NCBI RefSeq assembly: GCF_964204865.1
Contig: NC_135253.1
Coordinates: forward strand, 17,856,001-17,920,000
Length of the DNA: 64,000 nt
Direction of reading: 5' to 3'
DNA from: Styela clava
Lineage: Eukaryota
Below, piece by piece: positions 1-13,500 of this stretch. Made by a program: the position numbers and the translations under genes. A model generated the notes under the pieces. The model worked only from the letters and a program-made list of their open reading frames with translations. It was not told the DNA's origin and ran no database searches. Each line of letters starts with the position of its first letter. Position 1 is the stretch's first letter.

Positions 1-280
1 TCTTTATCAGCCAGATTAAATTAAAGAGATATTATAAAGTAAAATGAGAAAGAAACAACATCAAAATACAGTAACCGCACCCTGTAACTTATGCTTCATC
101 ATTACTGCATTCTGAAAATGGCACACAATTAATGTGCAAAAACAAAAAAGCATGAAAAACGTATTTTCAATGCGTAAAAATGTAATTAACAAGTAACCTA
201 ACATAATACTACTACCACCGTACCATAAACGCACTTACGGTACCTTACACTGTACCGCCTGACTGTACACAAAACGGCGC

Positions 281-622
281 GGCGGTGTGGCTCAACGGGC
301 TAAGCGTTAGGAATACGCTCACCACCGCACCTCTAATTACTCTGCGTGGGTTCGCAAGTTCGAATCCCATGCAGGGATGGTTATGTGCGTGAGGATTGCT
401 GGACTCCTCGCCGACGTTGGGTGGTTCACGTAACCGCTGGTCGGTTACGGCTTCCTCCACCACCAAGTCCATGCTTCCGAAAACAAAACAATACAGTAAA
501 ACTAATCCCATACCCGACTTGGAATGGTAACCGGACGAGAGGCCGTGGTTCGCCATATGGATAAGCCGTCTTATCGGCTTTCCTCTCCCCCGGGATAAAT
601 ATGTAAATCCTATCCTATCCTA
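281..622 (+). mobile_element. tRNA-derived SINE, near full length
   Basis: Pol III A box TGGCTCAACGG (288-298) and B box GTTCGAATCC (358-367); internal hairpin CGTAACCG-ctggt-CGGTTACG; (TCCTA)n tail at 608-622. The 3' ~120 bp recurs at ~22052-22172. Confidence 0.75.
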
Positions 623-824
623 CACAATATTCCAGTGTTCTGATATTTCTGTATTCCATTCACTATACAAGCTTTTGGTTAAAATTTAAAATGTTCAGAC
701 TGTCAGATTATCATCTAATGATTTCTTTTCATATTCATTTTGTGATTAATATATCCAAGCACAAACCTGTTTCGCGTAACAGCAATAATTATCCTTATCC
801 TTAGCTGAAGTTCAATTTTAGGCA

Positions 825-855
825 GGGAAATCCCCGCGTCAGTTGTCCTAGCAAC
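825..855. promoter_or_regulatory. Adjacent NF-kB-like site and RFX X-box-like palindrome
   Basis: GGGAAATCCCC at 825-835 and GTTGTCCTAGCAAC at 842-855. Motif match only. Confidence 0.3.
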
Positions 856-3800
856 GGTCATCAAGAGTTGAATCAATAAAAATCCTAAATTCCAATATTA
901 AAACAACAGGTTTATTAAATATTATTTTTTTATAATAATTTTATTAATAAGAAAAAACATTTATGAACAAGATAATAACTTTAACCTCTTCAAAAACAAA
1001 ATCGACGTTTTCGCTACAGCGTTTCTATTTGCAGCGGCGGCAAGGACATCCTGCTCTTTCAACCATAAGAGAGCTGGCGCTTGCTCACCCTCTCGGCCTG
1101 TTTTGAATTTTATTATTTGTTATTCATTATCTATATTTTCGTGGTACGGTACCGGTATTTCGTTTATGTACCTATATTATTAAGTTAACGTATGGTACGA
1201 TATGGTAAAATAGGAACAAGATTTATTTGAGGGAAAGGTGGGCCGATAATGAGACACGGCAATCCAATCATATTAGCATTTTTCTCTATTTTGAACAATG
1301 TCCGGATGTGTTAGCAGGCACAACTGCACAACTTAATTCATGTAATTACTGAATTATGTAGCCCATACAGCTACATGCAAAAAATATTCAAATGGGTTAG
1401 GAAATTGTTGAATTACGAGTTAGACTAATTCATTTGTTTGTATATTTTTTTAGGGTCTCATGTAGTTTCGTACCTATTGACCTAACATACAGATATACGG
1501 TACTTCTAGTGGGTGTAGCATGACAATTTTTTCACGTATCAATCCTAACTCCCACCTGACTACACCACCCAAAAATTACGTCATTACGACGCCCACTAGA
1601 AGTACGTTAGGTAGGTACCGTACGAAACTACACGAGACCCCTTTTTTCAGTTTTTATTTGTTTGTATATCTTTCTTTTTACTTATGTCTCGCTTTTTTTC
1701 ACTCCCGACCTCATGTCTCGATGATTGTGTGTGTGTGCGTGCCTAATTAGTCCTGATACTGTAAAACTGGGTAACTTTGGATGATTTCACTATACTTTAA
1801 TCAATACTTCTGCCGTTTGTTGTCCAATTCGTGGTAAATTAAGTAAATGTAATTCTCTGCACATGTATTTAATTTTCTCGACGGTCCGATCATTTTTTCT
1901 GTCTTGATTGTTTCATTTTTCATTACGCTACTGAATATCTAACTTGGGATGGTGAATCACCTCCCTGCGTCACCGCAACTCGAGCGAAAAGTGCGTGTGT
2001 GAAGACAAAACATGCTTTGCGTCGTTGCGTAAAAATACCAGATGTTCAATCCATGTCGCGAGTGACTATGATTATGACGACGGTGTGATTTCCGGTGCGG
2101 CCCTTTCAAGTCGTTTTTAAACTATAATATCTTGTTTCTTTTCACCTTATCGTAACTTTAGATCGAATATTCACCGATCATAGCCGATTTTATCGTCTGT
2201 TGCACGACAAAGATATATGTATTTTGTCATTACTTTTTAGGTAAAAATAACAAAAACAGGTGAAGGTTTTGCTAAATTTACTAAAACGAAAACGCGACAA
2301 AGCATTTGGCATTCCACCCATAGTAGGCGAAAGACGATTAATACCGTTATTGTTTTGATAGCGTTTAAACACTCCACATTGTATATAGTCGAACGGTAAA
2401 TAATATTAAACTTGCATGTGGTTGGATCCTTCATTAATCGACCAATTCAAATGTCAGTCGTGCATAAATCACACCAAAACATCGATTCAGCAATTGGCAA
2501 CTTTCATTTACGGTAAATAATTTTGCTAAATAAACATTCGTTGTCATTTTTATTAAATTTAGTGGAATTACATTGTCAACATTTGACACAATGAAAACTG
2601 TTAGTGTATTTATTTTAACCGAACTTGATCCAATCAAACAAAATATCATTGCTATTTCAAGTCTACGTTAACTCGTCGGTGCCGGAATGTCTGACGTTAA
2701 ATCTGTAAAGGCGACACAACATGGTGCCGTCTTCGACGTGAGCGAGCAGTCTTCGACGTCCGGGTGACGTCAAATTCAACGTGTGCATCAGATGCTATTA
2801 TTCTGCAAAATGAAACAAAACATTAAATTTAATTTTTTTTTGAATCTCGTGCGACATCTCGCGATCAGTCTAATTTTTTACATACATTCTTTTTGCCCTC
2901 TATCGAATGACGGTATTTTGACGAAGTTCGCGGCGGTAGGCATCCGAAGTTTCCCGGTTTTTATGATACTTTTGGGTAAGCGAACACACACTACTTCTTT
3001 CATCAATATCTTCCCACCTAAAAACTGTACACTTCAAACCGTACTTGGGGTTTCGTTTGCTTTTTCGATTCTATAATCAGTTTTATTTATTTTGTTCTTA
3101 TCAGAAGCCGCTGTGACAATGTGATGACTGAGGCGGCATGAAATCGAAAACCAAAAATTGAAAAAATACTAAAATAAATTATGAATGCATGTCACCGTTC
3201 CATGATTAAAAATCAAAAATATATCTAGGAATAATTATAATACATTCACACAAAAATCAGAAAATGTAAAAATCGATTGTGAGTTCTCAAATATTACGTT
3301 TGAGCGGTTTAACTTATGTATATCCAGTCCCATGTGTAAAGAGAGCAGTCCAAACTTGATTTCATTTAAACCCATCTTCATGCTTGCGTACAGTATTTGC
3401 TTGAAAATCTACCATTTTTGCATCCCAGTTGTACATTTCTAGCTCTGCAGTCTGACAGTCAATAATTTGCAATTTCCAGACTTATGTGATCTTTTATTGT
3501 TTCTTGATGTCACTAAGTCTACAGGTCTATGATTTACTTCTTGAACACATATCTTCAGCATGTTCACACAATCACACTTCAGCACTGTGGGCACGCCTCT
3601 GTAAAAATCATCCACTGCTGCCCTTTTTCATGCTGGTACAAGAAAAAAAAGAGTCTGTTTTGCTATTTAATAAAATGTAATGAATATCACATGTTAACTG
3701 TACTTGCAATAATGGCAGTAGTAAATACAAAATATGAAGAGTAGGTACACGATTAGCAAACACAAAACATCACAAGATATCAAAAAAAATTTCCCCTAAA

Positions 3801-4011
3801 TGTCTCATCTCATTTACAAACAATTCCAGAATTAAGAATTTTTTTTCTGAGTGAACAGAAAATGTTTTTGTTAATAAAAATGTGAAAGTGTCAACTGTCA
3901 AGAGTTACATTACACCAAACATTTTCTCAGCCACATTCTCGTTATAATCTAACGTTTGCATTTGTTTTGTTTGTATTTTCCATTTATAAAACAGTCTTTC
4001 GATTCTTATAG

Positions 4012-4473
<462 letters not shown>

Positions 4474-5426
4474 TTTTCATTCGAATTTTAAAAATATAGT
4501 CTACTTTGTGGTGCTGGTCTTACTGAGTGGTGTGTAAAGGCCGCTACAATATGTCTTTCTCGGAAACATCACAACGTTTTCGTGCTACCATAATGTGATT
4601 GTCATCACTAGTCAAATGGAACAAATATTTTATTGTGAATTAGCTCATAGGCATAATTTTTAGGCAAATAAATTTTGAATAGAAAATTGAGTTTGTGTCA
4701 TCTAGTAAATTAAAATTTGATTCATGCATTGGCATTTGGGAATAATAATATTCTGTTCAACTCTGCCACTGCATTACTCACCAACAATGGAATTATGCAT
4801 TCATTCTTAATGCTGACTGCTAAGTTAATGATAAAATGGTTGTTTACTACGGTGTAGTCAAATTGTCTTATTAGCTTGCCAGTTCTTTGAATTAAATATA
4901 AAATCTCATATTGGGAAGTGCCAACATTCATTCGTTTATTCATATTGTATAATTTTTTGACATTGATGGTTAATTATGGGTATAATATAAAATGTCACAA
5001 AAAAAAATAATATGAATTGGCAAATTATATGTGAAACTTTTCTATAATTCTATTATTGTAAAATGAATCTGAAGCTTGGAGGAAAAGTTATACAGTACTA
5101 ACGCCATTGTCTTTTCCATTGCCATGATTTTCTTATATTATGTTTGTTCGTGTTTTGATGCGAAATTTGCTGTTAATGATTTTTGTCTTTGAGAGTAAAA
5201 TATCTATTCTGTTTTGGGTACAATTGGGTAATAGTATTTATAAGAATTTAGATTGCCTAAAAATAGTCTGAATGTCAAAATATTGAAATATTTTCTTCAT
5301 TGTTCCAATTAATTGCAGCGTGCATGCAAGGCCATTATCATAGCTTTCGATACACCTTCTCAATTAACCATTCTGTGTTTTATTTTATTTATTATAGCCA
5401 ATAAGCCATTATCAATATCTATAAAA

Positions 5427-6140
5427 ATGCCATCGCCTTCTAGAATTCCGCGGCCAAACAGGTATGTGTCGAAAAAAAACGGAAACGAAAACAAAGTTGA
5501 GACGAAAAAATCTGTACCATCATATCAAAATAAAAATAAAACTGCACATTCAAACTCCAATGAAGTTGAGAAATCTATAAAAGCAGAAACAAAAACAGTT
5601 GTAAAGGGAACAACAATGGCAAAACAAAAGAAATCTCCACTTCGTGTTGTCCAAGAAAATAAATTCCGACAACAAGAAAAGAAAGAAAATCATTCAGTTC
5701 CGAAAACAACTTTCCATGATAGGAGAGGTATCTCTGAAATTAAACGTTCTGAGCAAAACCTCAGATTAACACTAGATTTTATGGAACATGATGTGGAAGC
5801 ACTAAAGCACGATTTGAAGTCTGTTAAAATGGAATTACAAAAATCAAAAAATGATGTTATGAATTTGAGTGAAAAGGAGATAAATTTACAGGAAAAGATG
5901 GAATTTTTGAAAGAAGAAAACACACGTCAAGCTGAAATTTTAGAAACGATTGATAGAGATCCAGTAACAATGTCAAAGCTTGATTTAACTCCTGAATTTA
6001 AATCATTATTGGTTTCACAAGAACAAAAACAAATAACTGTTGCTTTTGATTTGAAAAATTGTCTCACAGACTTGAAAACATCTTTAAATGAAATGGATGA
6101 GCGGTTAGACAATCTCAATTTTGAGAATGTCACAGAATGA
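5427..6140 (+). CDS. Coiled-coil protein with N-terminal SxIP motif; possibly SKAP/kinastrin (KNSTRN)-like; single coding exon
   Basis: 237 aa from the first ATG (aaaaATG at 5427). MPSPSRIPRP is an EB-binding SxIP motif in a basic S/P context, followed by a basic disordered region, a heptad coiled coil and an ILETIDRDP segment recalling the vertebrate SKAP ILESKGLDP motif. The family call is from memory, not a search. Confidence 0.6.
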   Translation: MPSPSRIPRPNRYVSKKNGNENKVETKKSVPSYQNKNKTAHSNSNEVEKSIKAETKTVVKGTTMAKQKKSPLRVVQENKFRQQEKKENHSVPKTTFHDRRGISEIKRSEQNLRLTLDFMEHDVEALKHDLKSVKMELQKSKNDVMNLSEKEINLQEKMEFLKEENTRQAEILETIDRDPVTMSKLDLTPEFKSLLVSQEQKQITVAFDLKNCLTDLKTSLNEMDERLDNLNFENVTE

Positions 6141-6252
6141 TTTGCCTATAAGGATGATGAAATATTCGTTGTGTAATTGGACTGTAATTGGACTGACCAA
6201 TTGCCGCAATTGTGTGGGAAAAAAAATATCTTGTTCGTGAATATGCATTTTA

Positions 6253-6472
6253 TTATGAGTTTGTCATTTGTATGAATCGAACCGAACTGAAATTATTTTG
6301 TATTCCAGATTGAGATGACATTGTAATTAAATGGCTTTTCATTTTATTGACTTGTTTATGTATGTTATGAGTTTGTCATTTGTATGAAACGAACCGAACT
6401 GAAATTATTTTGTATTCCAGATTGAGTTGACATTGTAATTAATTGCCTTTTCATTTTATTGACTTGTTTATG
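6253..6472 (+). repeat. Tandem duplication, 2 x ~108 bp, period 112 (3' UTR region)
   Basis: ttatgagtttgtcatttgtatgaa...gacttgtttatg at 6253-6360 and 6365-6472 with few mismatches. Confidence 0.9.
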
Positions 6473-7514
6473 CGGAAGGAAATGTTTTTTTATGGTAATA
6501 TCTCAATTTGTCCCATTTTGATATTAATTTGTGAAAACAGAAGATCAGATTCCCCCTCCACATATAACAAATTTTCAAACCAAATTTATATCATGAATTG
6601 TTTTATTTTCTTGCATAGTAGGTTCAAAATCACTTGTTCTGTCATATTTTTAACCCATGGGTTGTTCGATGTTCTTTCAGTGAAGATAAACTCTACGGAA
6701 GTGTTTAAATATAAATATTAGTAAATTTAGCCATTTTACAAATTACAATCATATGGTCTATTGTATGTTCTGCCCTATCATTTTTTGTAAATACACTCAT
6801 CTTTTTTTCAGCTGTTGAACAAATTTTCAGAAATATACAGAAGACTGCCGTTACTTATTTTAACTTTTATTACCGGTAAAACCTCTTGTTCTCAAATAAT
6901 CATAATGTTCACATTTATATCATAATATGTAGAGAAACATTTTCTTGAGCAAATATATACAGTTTTCTTTTTGTTGTGGTTAATCTTAGTTATTTGGATT
7001 TTTGTTTTTGTGCAGTTATGCATTGTATTCACTAGGGATGCAATCTCAGAACTTTGGATAAAGATTGTTCTGGGTTCAATGCTATTTTTAGTTTTTTATA
7101 AAGGGTTTTGTTGTATATTGCTAATCTTTTGTTTAAAGTGTCTAAATTCTCTGATATTATTGCTAAAGGCTAGTTGTTATTTGAATACACAGAAATTTCC
7201 ATCTTTTCTGTTCATCATAGACTCCATCTTCTCTATTTTAAAACATAAATATCTGACTGGATGGTCAAATACGTTCCAAAATAACCAAATTTTATTGTCA
7301 CTTCATATGTTATGTTTTATCTTCAAATCCAAATATGGAATATCTAAATCCCAGAAGTGTCTTCTTTTATTGATATCAGTTGAAGGTAGTGTTGTTGTAG
7401 TTATGCGTCAGGAACTTTTATATTTGTAATTTCGTTCTATGTGAAATGTATTGTATATACTTTGTATAGATTTTTTGTAATGTGTTATTTTCAAACTTGT
7501 TTAGCAATCAGTCA

Positions 7515-10500
7515 ATGATTTTTAGGAAATATTTTAGTTTTTATGTACTTGGATGTGCCAAGAAATTTTATTTGAGAAGTTTGAGTGAAAAAGTTTGCAC
7601 AACACAATATTTTATCCAAATGCAACGACAATCGTCAAATTTTAAAGTTTTAAATGTTGCTGAGAAAAACGATGCAGCTAAAAGAATATCTGAGATTTTA
7701 TCAAATCGGAATTCTCAAAGGGTATGTAATACTTTTTTCTTGTGCGTATTATAATGAATTAAATTTTTCAGTTTTACCTATTCACCCATCTTTTTTGTCT
7801 TGGTTTAATAGGCATAAAATGATAGCAATACTGGTTCTTGATCTGAGAAGCTCTTCACTGCTGATAAAATAAATAGGATAATGTCATTCGCTTCCAAATG
7901 CCATCATGCAGATCATTCCTAATTCATCAAAGCTATGTTGAGATAGCAGACTAACTTCATGGATTCAGGCTGTATTAATAACAAGGGATAATACTAGGGA
8001 TGGGCCGGGATTTGGATCCGGACTCGGATTCGAGTCGAATCCAGGCATTTTTTGGACACGGATTCGATTTCGAGTCCACATCATTTTTACAGAGTGCATA
8101 ATCAATTCCGTTTTTACTAATTTACGCCTATGTTTGTACTTTTGCCTCTATAAATCCCACTACATTGACTAGTTAAAATTCAAGGTTAGATCTGTAACAA
8201 TATCCCTCGTGTGCATTATAAACACTCCTAATAAAACGACGACAGATATCCAGATAAGATAACGCAAGTTAAAGACTATTGATTGCGTATAACAATGATG
8301 TTGCGCCAGTCGCCTTCAAACTATCAATCTTTTTTGGTATACATGTGGTACACAATAAAATATGAGTTATTGCAATATATTTGAGTTTTTGATTCGCGTA
8401 AAAATGAAACATACTCTGGATCACCCAATGTGGAATCTCATTAAAATCGAGTTTATTGCGAGCAATCCTTTCGCTAAAAAGGCAATGGAGAGCATGGAGA
8501 GTGTCAGAACGTTTACATGAACTACTAAATCGCAAGCAGATGTACCACATTGTATTGACGACGAGTGGCATTTCTCTACCATATGCGCACATGACATAGC
8601 AAATTTATGGCTAGAAATATCTGGAATTATGGTGAAGCATTGTAGTCGAAAGCTTTTTATTTTTCATATTGACATGTAAGAATTCCTGAATAGCCGCCCA
8701 GAATTGACGCAAGGTGGGATGGAAATCCAGTTCACATCCATGGCGCACATTGACCCACGTTTACGTTTGTATTATGGCTGTCAAAAAAGAGAAAAAATAT
8801 ATATTTGGAATGATTCAACAGCTATCTGCGGAACCATTAGGCGAAAAATATGAACTACGACATATGTTTGTGAGCGCACAATTCCGTAGCATGGTCAAAA
8901 ACACGTTTTTCTGCTTTTCTATTATGACGTCACAGACTCGGCAGATTCGATTCAAGTCCTTGACCTATACTCGGATTCGTCGAATCTCTGTAATGCCAGA
9001 CTTGTCCCATCCCTATTAAAAACATAGTAAATCCAGACTTGTCCAGAATACCTCATATTTTCATGAATAGGAACATTATAGTCATCTTGAATTTGCAAGA
9101 TTGGAAAGTTTATAGAAATAATGCTTTCAAACTTTCATTTATGTTTTTACTGTTTCAGAGGGAAGGATACTCCCAATACAACAAGATATATGAGTTCAAC
9201 TATTCCATGTTGGGACGGAATTGTCACATGATTATGACATCATTATCTGGTCATCTTATGAATTACGAATTTACAGGCAGCTACAGAAAATGGTTGGTTG
9301 CTATTTTATTTTGTTATTGGATGAATTGAGAGTATTTGTTTCATCAAGTTTTGTGATAGTGGATATTATCCTCTGTTGTTGTCAATCATGTAAAATCTCA
9401 TTTCTGGATGTTTTGATATGATGAACAAACAATATTGTTCACTGTATTCACAATATTGAAGAGAAATATTTATTTTCCAGGACATCTTGCCACCCAGGAT
9501 CTCTTTTTACAGCTGAGATAGAAAAACATGTGACAGAGAATATGACTGGAATTAAAGTAAATATATGAACATTTGACTTGAGTGAATGATATAATGGCTC
9601 GTGATATTATGATAGGATAGGGAAGACGAAGCATAGCGCAAAACAGAGGTTTGGGTAGATCGAAGGTATGGCTACAATGCAACATTTTGAATGGTTTATT
9701 CACCCAATTGCAAGGTGTTGTTCATGCGCATTGACTTGTAGTTTTGATTATTTTAGCCATTTTATATTTTGGAGAATGGCATTTTGTACCTTGAACCAAA
9801 TGTAGAAAGTATGTTTAAAAATCCCCAGTATTTTTATAAAAATCAGCTAATGATCAAGCCAATGGTGTATAATATCCTTATTTTACTGTTTTAATAGGCA
9901 ATTTTGACCTATTTCTAATCCAGAAAATTTATGAAGAAGAATCCTCGAAATTTATTTCGATGTATACATCGTTGTGCTATCTAATTTTGAAAAATATGTA
10001 CCGGTAATCAGTTTAATTTCTCTGTATTCATGGTTAATTTCTTTCAAGAGAACGCTTGAAAAAGAATGTCGGTCTTGTCAAGCTCTTGTAATATGGACTG
10101 ATGGAGACAGGGAAGGTGAAAACATTGGATTTGAAATTATAAATCTCTGTCTTGCTATAAAACCATCGCTCAATGTTTACAGAGCAAAGTTTTCTGAGAT
10201 TACTGACAGGTATATAGATTTTATAATTTATCAAAAATCCTCATAGAGTTCTTCACCAATATGAATTTAATGAGGACATATTGAATTCTTGTTCTAAAAT
10301 TTAGTAATATTGACATCTGACATGTTTTAGCTGTTATAACTTCAAGTGTCAAAAAAATTTACCTTAAGTAAATAACATTTGTATATATATTTTGAAACAA
10401 ATGATGGAATTACACTGTTTTTGGTAATTCGAGTGACATATTGGCTATGGACTATGGTCAACAGATAATTTAAAATCCTCTCTGTTTTTGATATTGGTAT

Positions 10501-13500
10501 TTCAAATAACATAACATGTGTTGAATATTGTTCCTTTGATTGGCATCATTCATCTTCTATGCCACATTAACAAAAATAATCCACTGCTGAAATTGATTTC
10601 CAGCCTAGCCCTCCGAGGTAAAGATTCGGATAATTCATCAATGTTAGGTCAGTCAGATTTAATCCTGAATAATTTGCGACTCCTGAATTGTGATTTTTAC
10701 CATCTTGTAATGTATTTTAAGATCCATCAAAGCCAGTTGTCGCAACCTAGTGCGACCAGATCAAAATGTGAGTGATGCTGTTGATGTGAGGCAAGAACTT
10801 GATTTAAGAATTGGTATGTACAAATGCAGACTGTCGATGACTTTCAACGTTTTTTAAAATTCTGAAATAGCTGTTTCAATGATTTAATTAAGGTGTTTAA
10901 TTGGTCAACTAAAATTTAATTATATACGGGAACTGCACAATTTCACATCCACTAATTAGAAATTTATTTAGCCAAAAGTAATTCAGAGTCTGACGGAGGT
11001 TTTCTTGAACACCCACAGCATTCGATTCTAATTTATATACTTATGCAGTGTAGATTAAAAAAGATCTTTTAAAACTTGGGCGCTCCCGTAGTATGTGTAC
11101 CAAGATGGCGAACACGGAACATAGTATGTGTACCAGGTTAGGGTTAGGCCATCATTTTTTTTCAATTTTCCTTATTTTAGGTCAATTACGGGATCCGGGA
11201 CTAGCCAAGTGAGTCTAGTAGTATTTGTATCTGAAATTATGGCCTAACCCTAACCTAGTACACATACTGCGTTCTGGTGTCCGCCATCTTGGTTCACATA
11301 CGACATGAGTAACAAACTTGTATCTTTCTATCTAATTAGTGTATTTTTTTATTCAACAGGAGCCTCTTTTACTCGATTTCAAACTTTGAGATTACAGAAA
11401 GTTTTTCCTCAAGTATTATCAGAAAGATTGATAAGTTATGGAAGTTGTCAGTTTCCTACTCTTGGATTTGTTGTTGAACGATATAAAGCAAGAGAGGAAT
11501 TTCAACCCGAAGCATTTTGGAAAATTGAAGGTATTGTTTTGTGTGTGTTGATCTGTTTTTCAACCCAATAATTCTATTTTTTAAAAAGAAGTCATCAATG
11601 CTGAATTATGTGAACTTAGAATGCATACTGTGATAACAGCAAAGTTTTAACCAAACATTAAAAGTATGTTATATTAATTTGTGCCTGTTAATTATAATAA
11701 ACAGCAAAATTCAGTGTAAAAATTGGCACTAAATGACCCAGACACAATTGAAAAACAATTTACCAGCCTTATCTTTAAGACTAAAAAGTAGCCGAATGAT
11801 CAATTGCAGAGAAAAGTGTTGATGGAATTCCACTTGTGTTAATTTTTTTCTTTCTTTTCTAGTTTCTCACACTAAAGATGATTGCAATGCCAACTATTCG
11901 TGGAAGAGAAATAGATTATTTGATCAACTTGCTTGTCAAGTCTTGTATGATCAATGTAAAGAAGAACCAGCTGTTGCCACGGTAACTAAGATTAACAGCA
12001 AACCGAAAAGCAAGTGGCGACCTCTTGCTCTGGATACTGTGGAATTGGAAAAATTAGCTTCAAGGAAACTTCATATAAGTGCGAAAGAGACAATGCAAAT
12101 TGCTGAGAAATTATATACAAAGGGGTTAGTATGTAAAATATTGGTCTTGGTTTGGATGTTTCAAGACTGATACAAGGCAGGAAACCCCTGTATTCTAAAT
12201 TCCCAAGTTATAGCTAATTTGAAATGTCTTATAATTGAAAAAAAAATTTGGTTTGAGTTTTATGGAGTAAAGTGTTTTTTTTTGCTTCTGGTAGATCAAT
12301 ACTTTCCTAGTGGAGATGCAGATTTATGTACTAGCCTATTGCAAATTTTCTGAAATAACAACTAGGTTGTGGCTTACTTAAGTTTACATGAATCGTTGTT
12401 GTCATGTAATGGAAATTGAAATTAAAAATGGATGATATCAACATTATTTCTGATTGATTCTTATTTTCAACAATAACCAGACATTGATTAAAAAGAGATA
12501 TATTTTAAATCTGACCTCAGATGTGAAATACTTAAAGAAGACAAATTCCAAAATAAAAATATTTCATATTTTTCCAACAACCAAGAATTAAATATGTTAA
12601 ACGAACCAATTTTAAATGTATTCAAAAACTTAATTTGCTTTGAACATCCATGCCTCCAACCGAAAATTCATGAATTAAAATGAAAAAGTTTCTTTTTTAT
12701 TTCAGTTACATAAGTTACCCACGCACAGAGACCAATATGTTTCCTAAGGAAATTGATTTAAATCGTTTGATTGGAGAACAAACGAATAGTATCACATGGA
12801 GTGGATTTGCAGAAAATCTTCTTGATATTGGTCCGACTCCAAGAAATGGATCGAAGACTGATAATGCTCATCCTCCCATCCATCCAACTAAATGTGGAAA
12901 TGATTTATCAGTAATGAATTTGTATATTACCATATGTCCTCGCATAATGTCATTTCATTTGAGTGCGATCAGAGTTTTGTACGTATAAGCAGAATTTTCA
13001 GTACGATCGGAGTTATGCACGTATAAGCCGACCCCTTAGTCCGGCAACTTTGAGTTTCAAACTCGGCCTATATGTGAGGATATACGTAATTTTTTTTTTA
13101 TGTGAGTTTCGTGAGAAGAATGTCAGTCTCACATTTTAATAAAGTTGAAACATTACTCATTGGAGGGAAACAAGTGAATTATGATACTCCAATAGTTACA
13201 AATATATTTGTGGGACATTATATATGTTAATAGGTTCATTGTTGGCATCATAAATTGTAAGGTTGTTATTAGTTGTGTAGTGATGTCAATTACAAAATAA
13301 CCTGGCTTGTATTTTATCACTGATGGCCGAAATCTCTTTTTTGTTCGAATTAGTAAAATTTATTAATATGTTATTGTTATACTATGTATGGAAATTGAAC
13401 CAAAGCTGTAGGCAGTTATCTTAATAATACATCTTAATACATTGGTCGTCAAATTAGCCCACAACCTATGTCATTAACAAAAATCATCTGCAGATACAAC

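Noticed and set aside
281-370. Possible tRNA gene
   Set aside because: A/B boxes are present but I see no cloverleaf or T-run terminator; it continues into a repeated body and tail, so it is a SINE.
245-564. ORFs 245-556 (-) and 346-564 (+)
   Set aside because: They lie within the SINE and have no protein features.
1757-3650. Possible DNA-transposon remnants (pogo-like end at ~1758; Cys/His-rich piggyBac-like fragment on minus at ~3540-3600)
   Set aside because: No matching second end and only short interrupted similarity.
6971-7429. 152-aa hydrophobic ORF
   Set aside because: TTG start; the F/L/I bias is explained by T-rich non-coding DNA; no motif.
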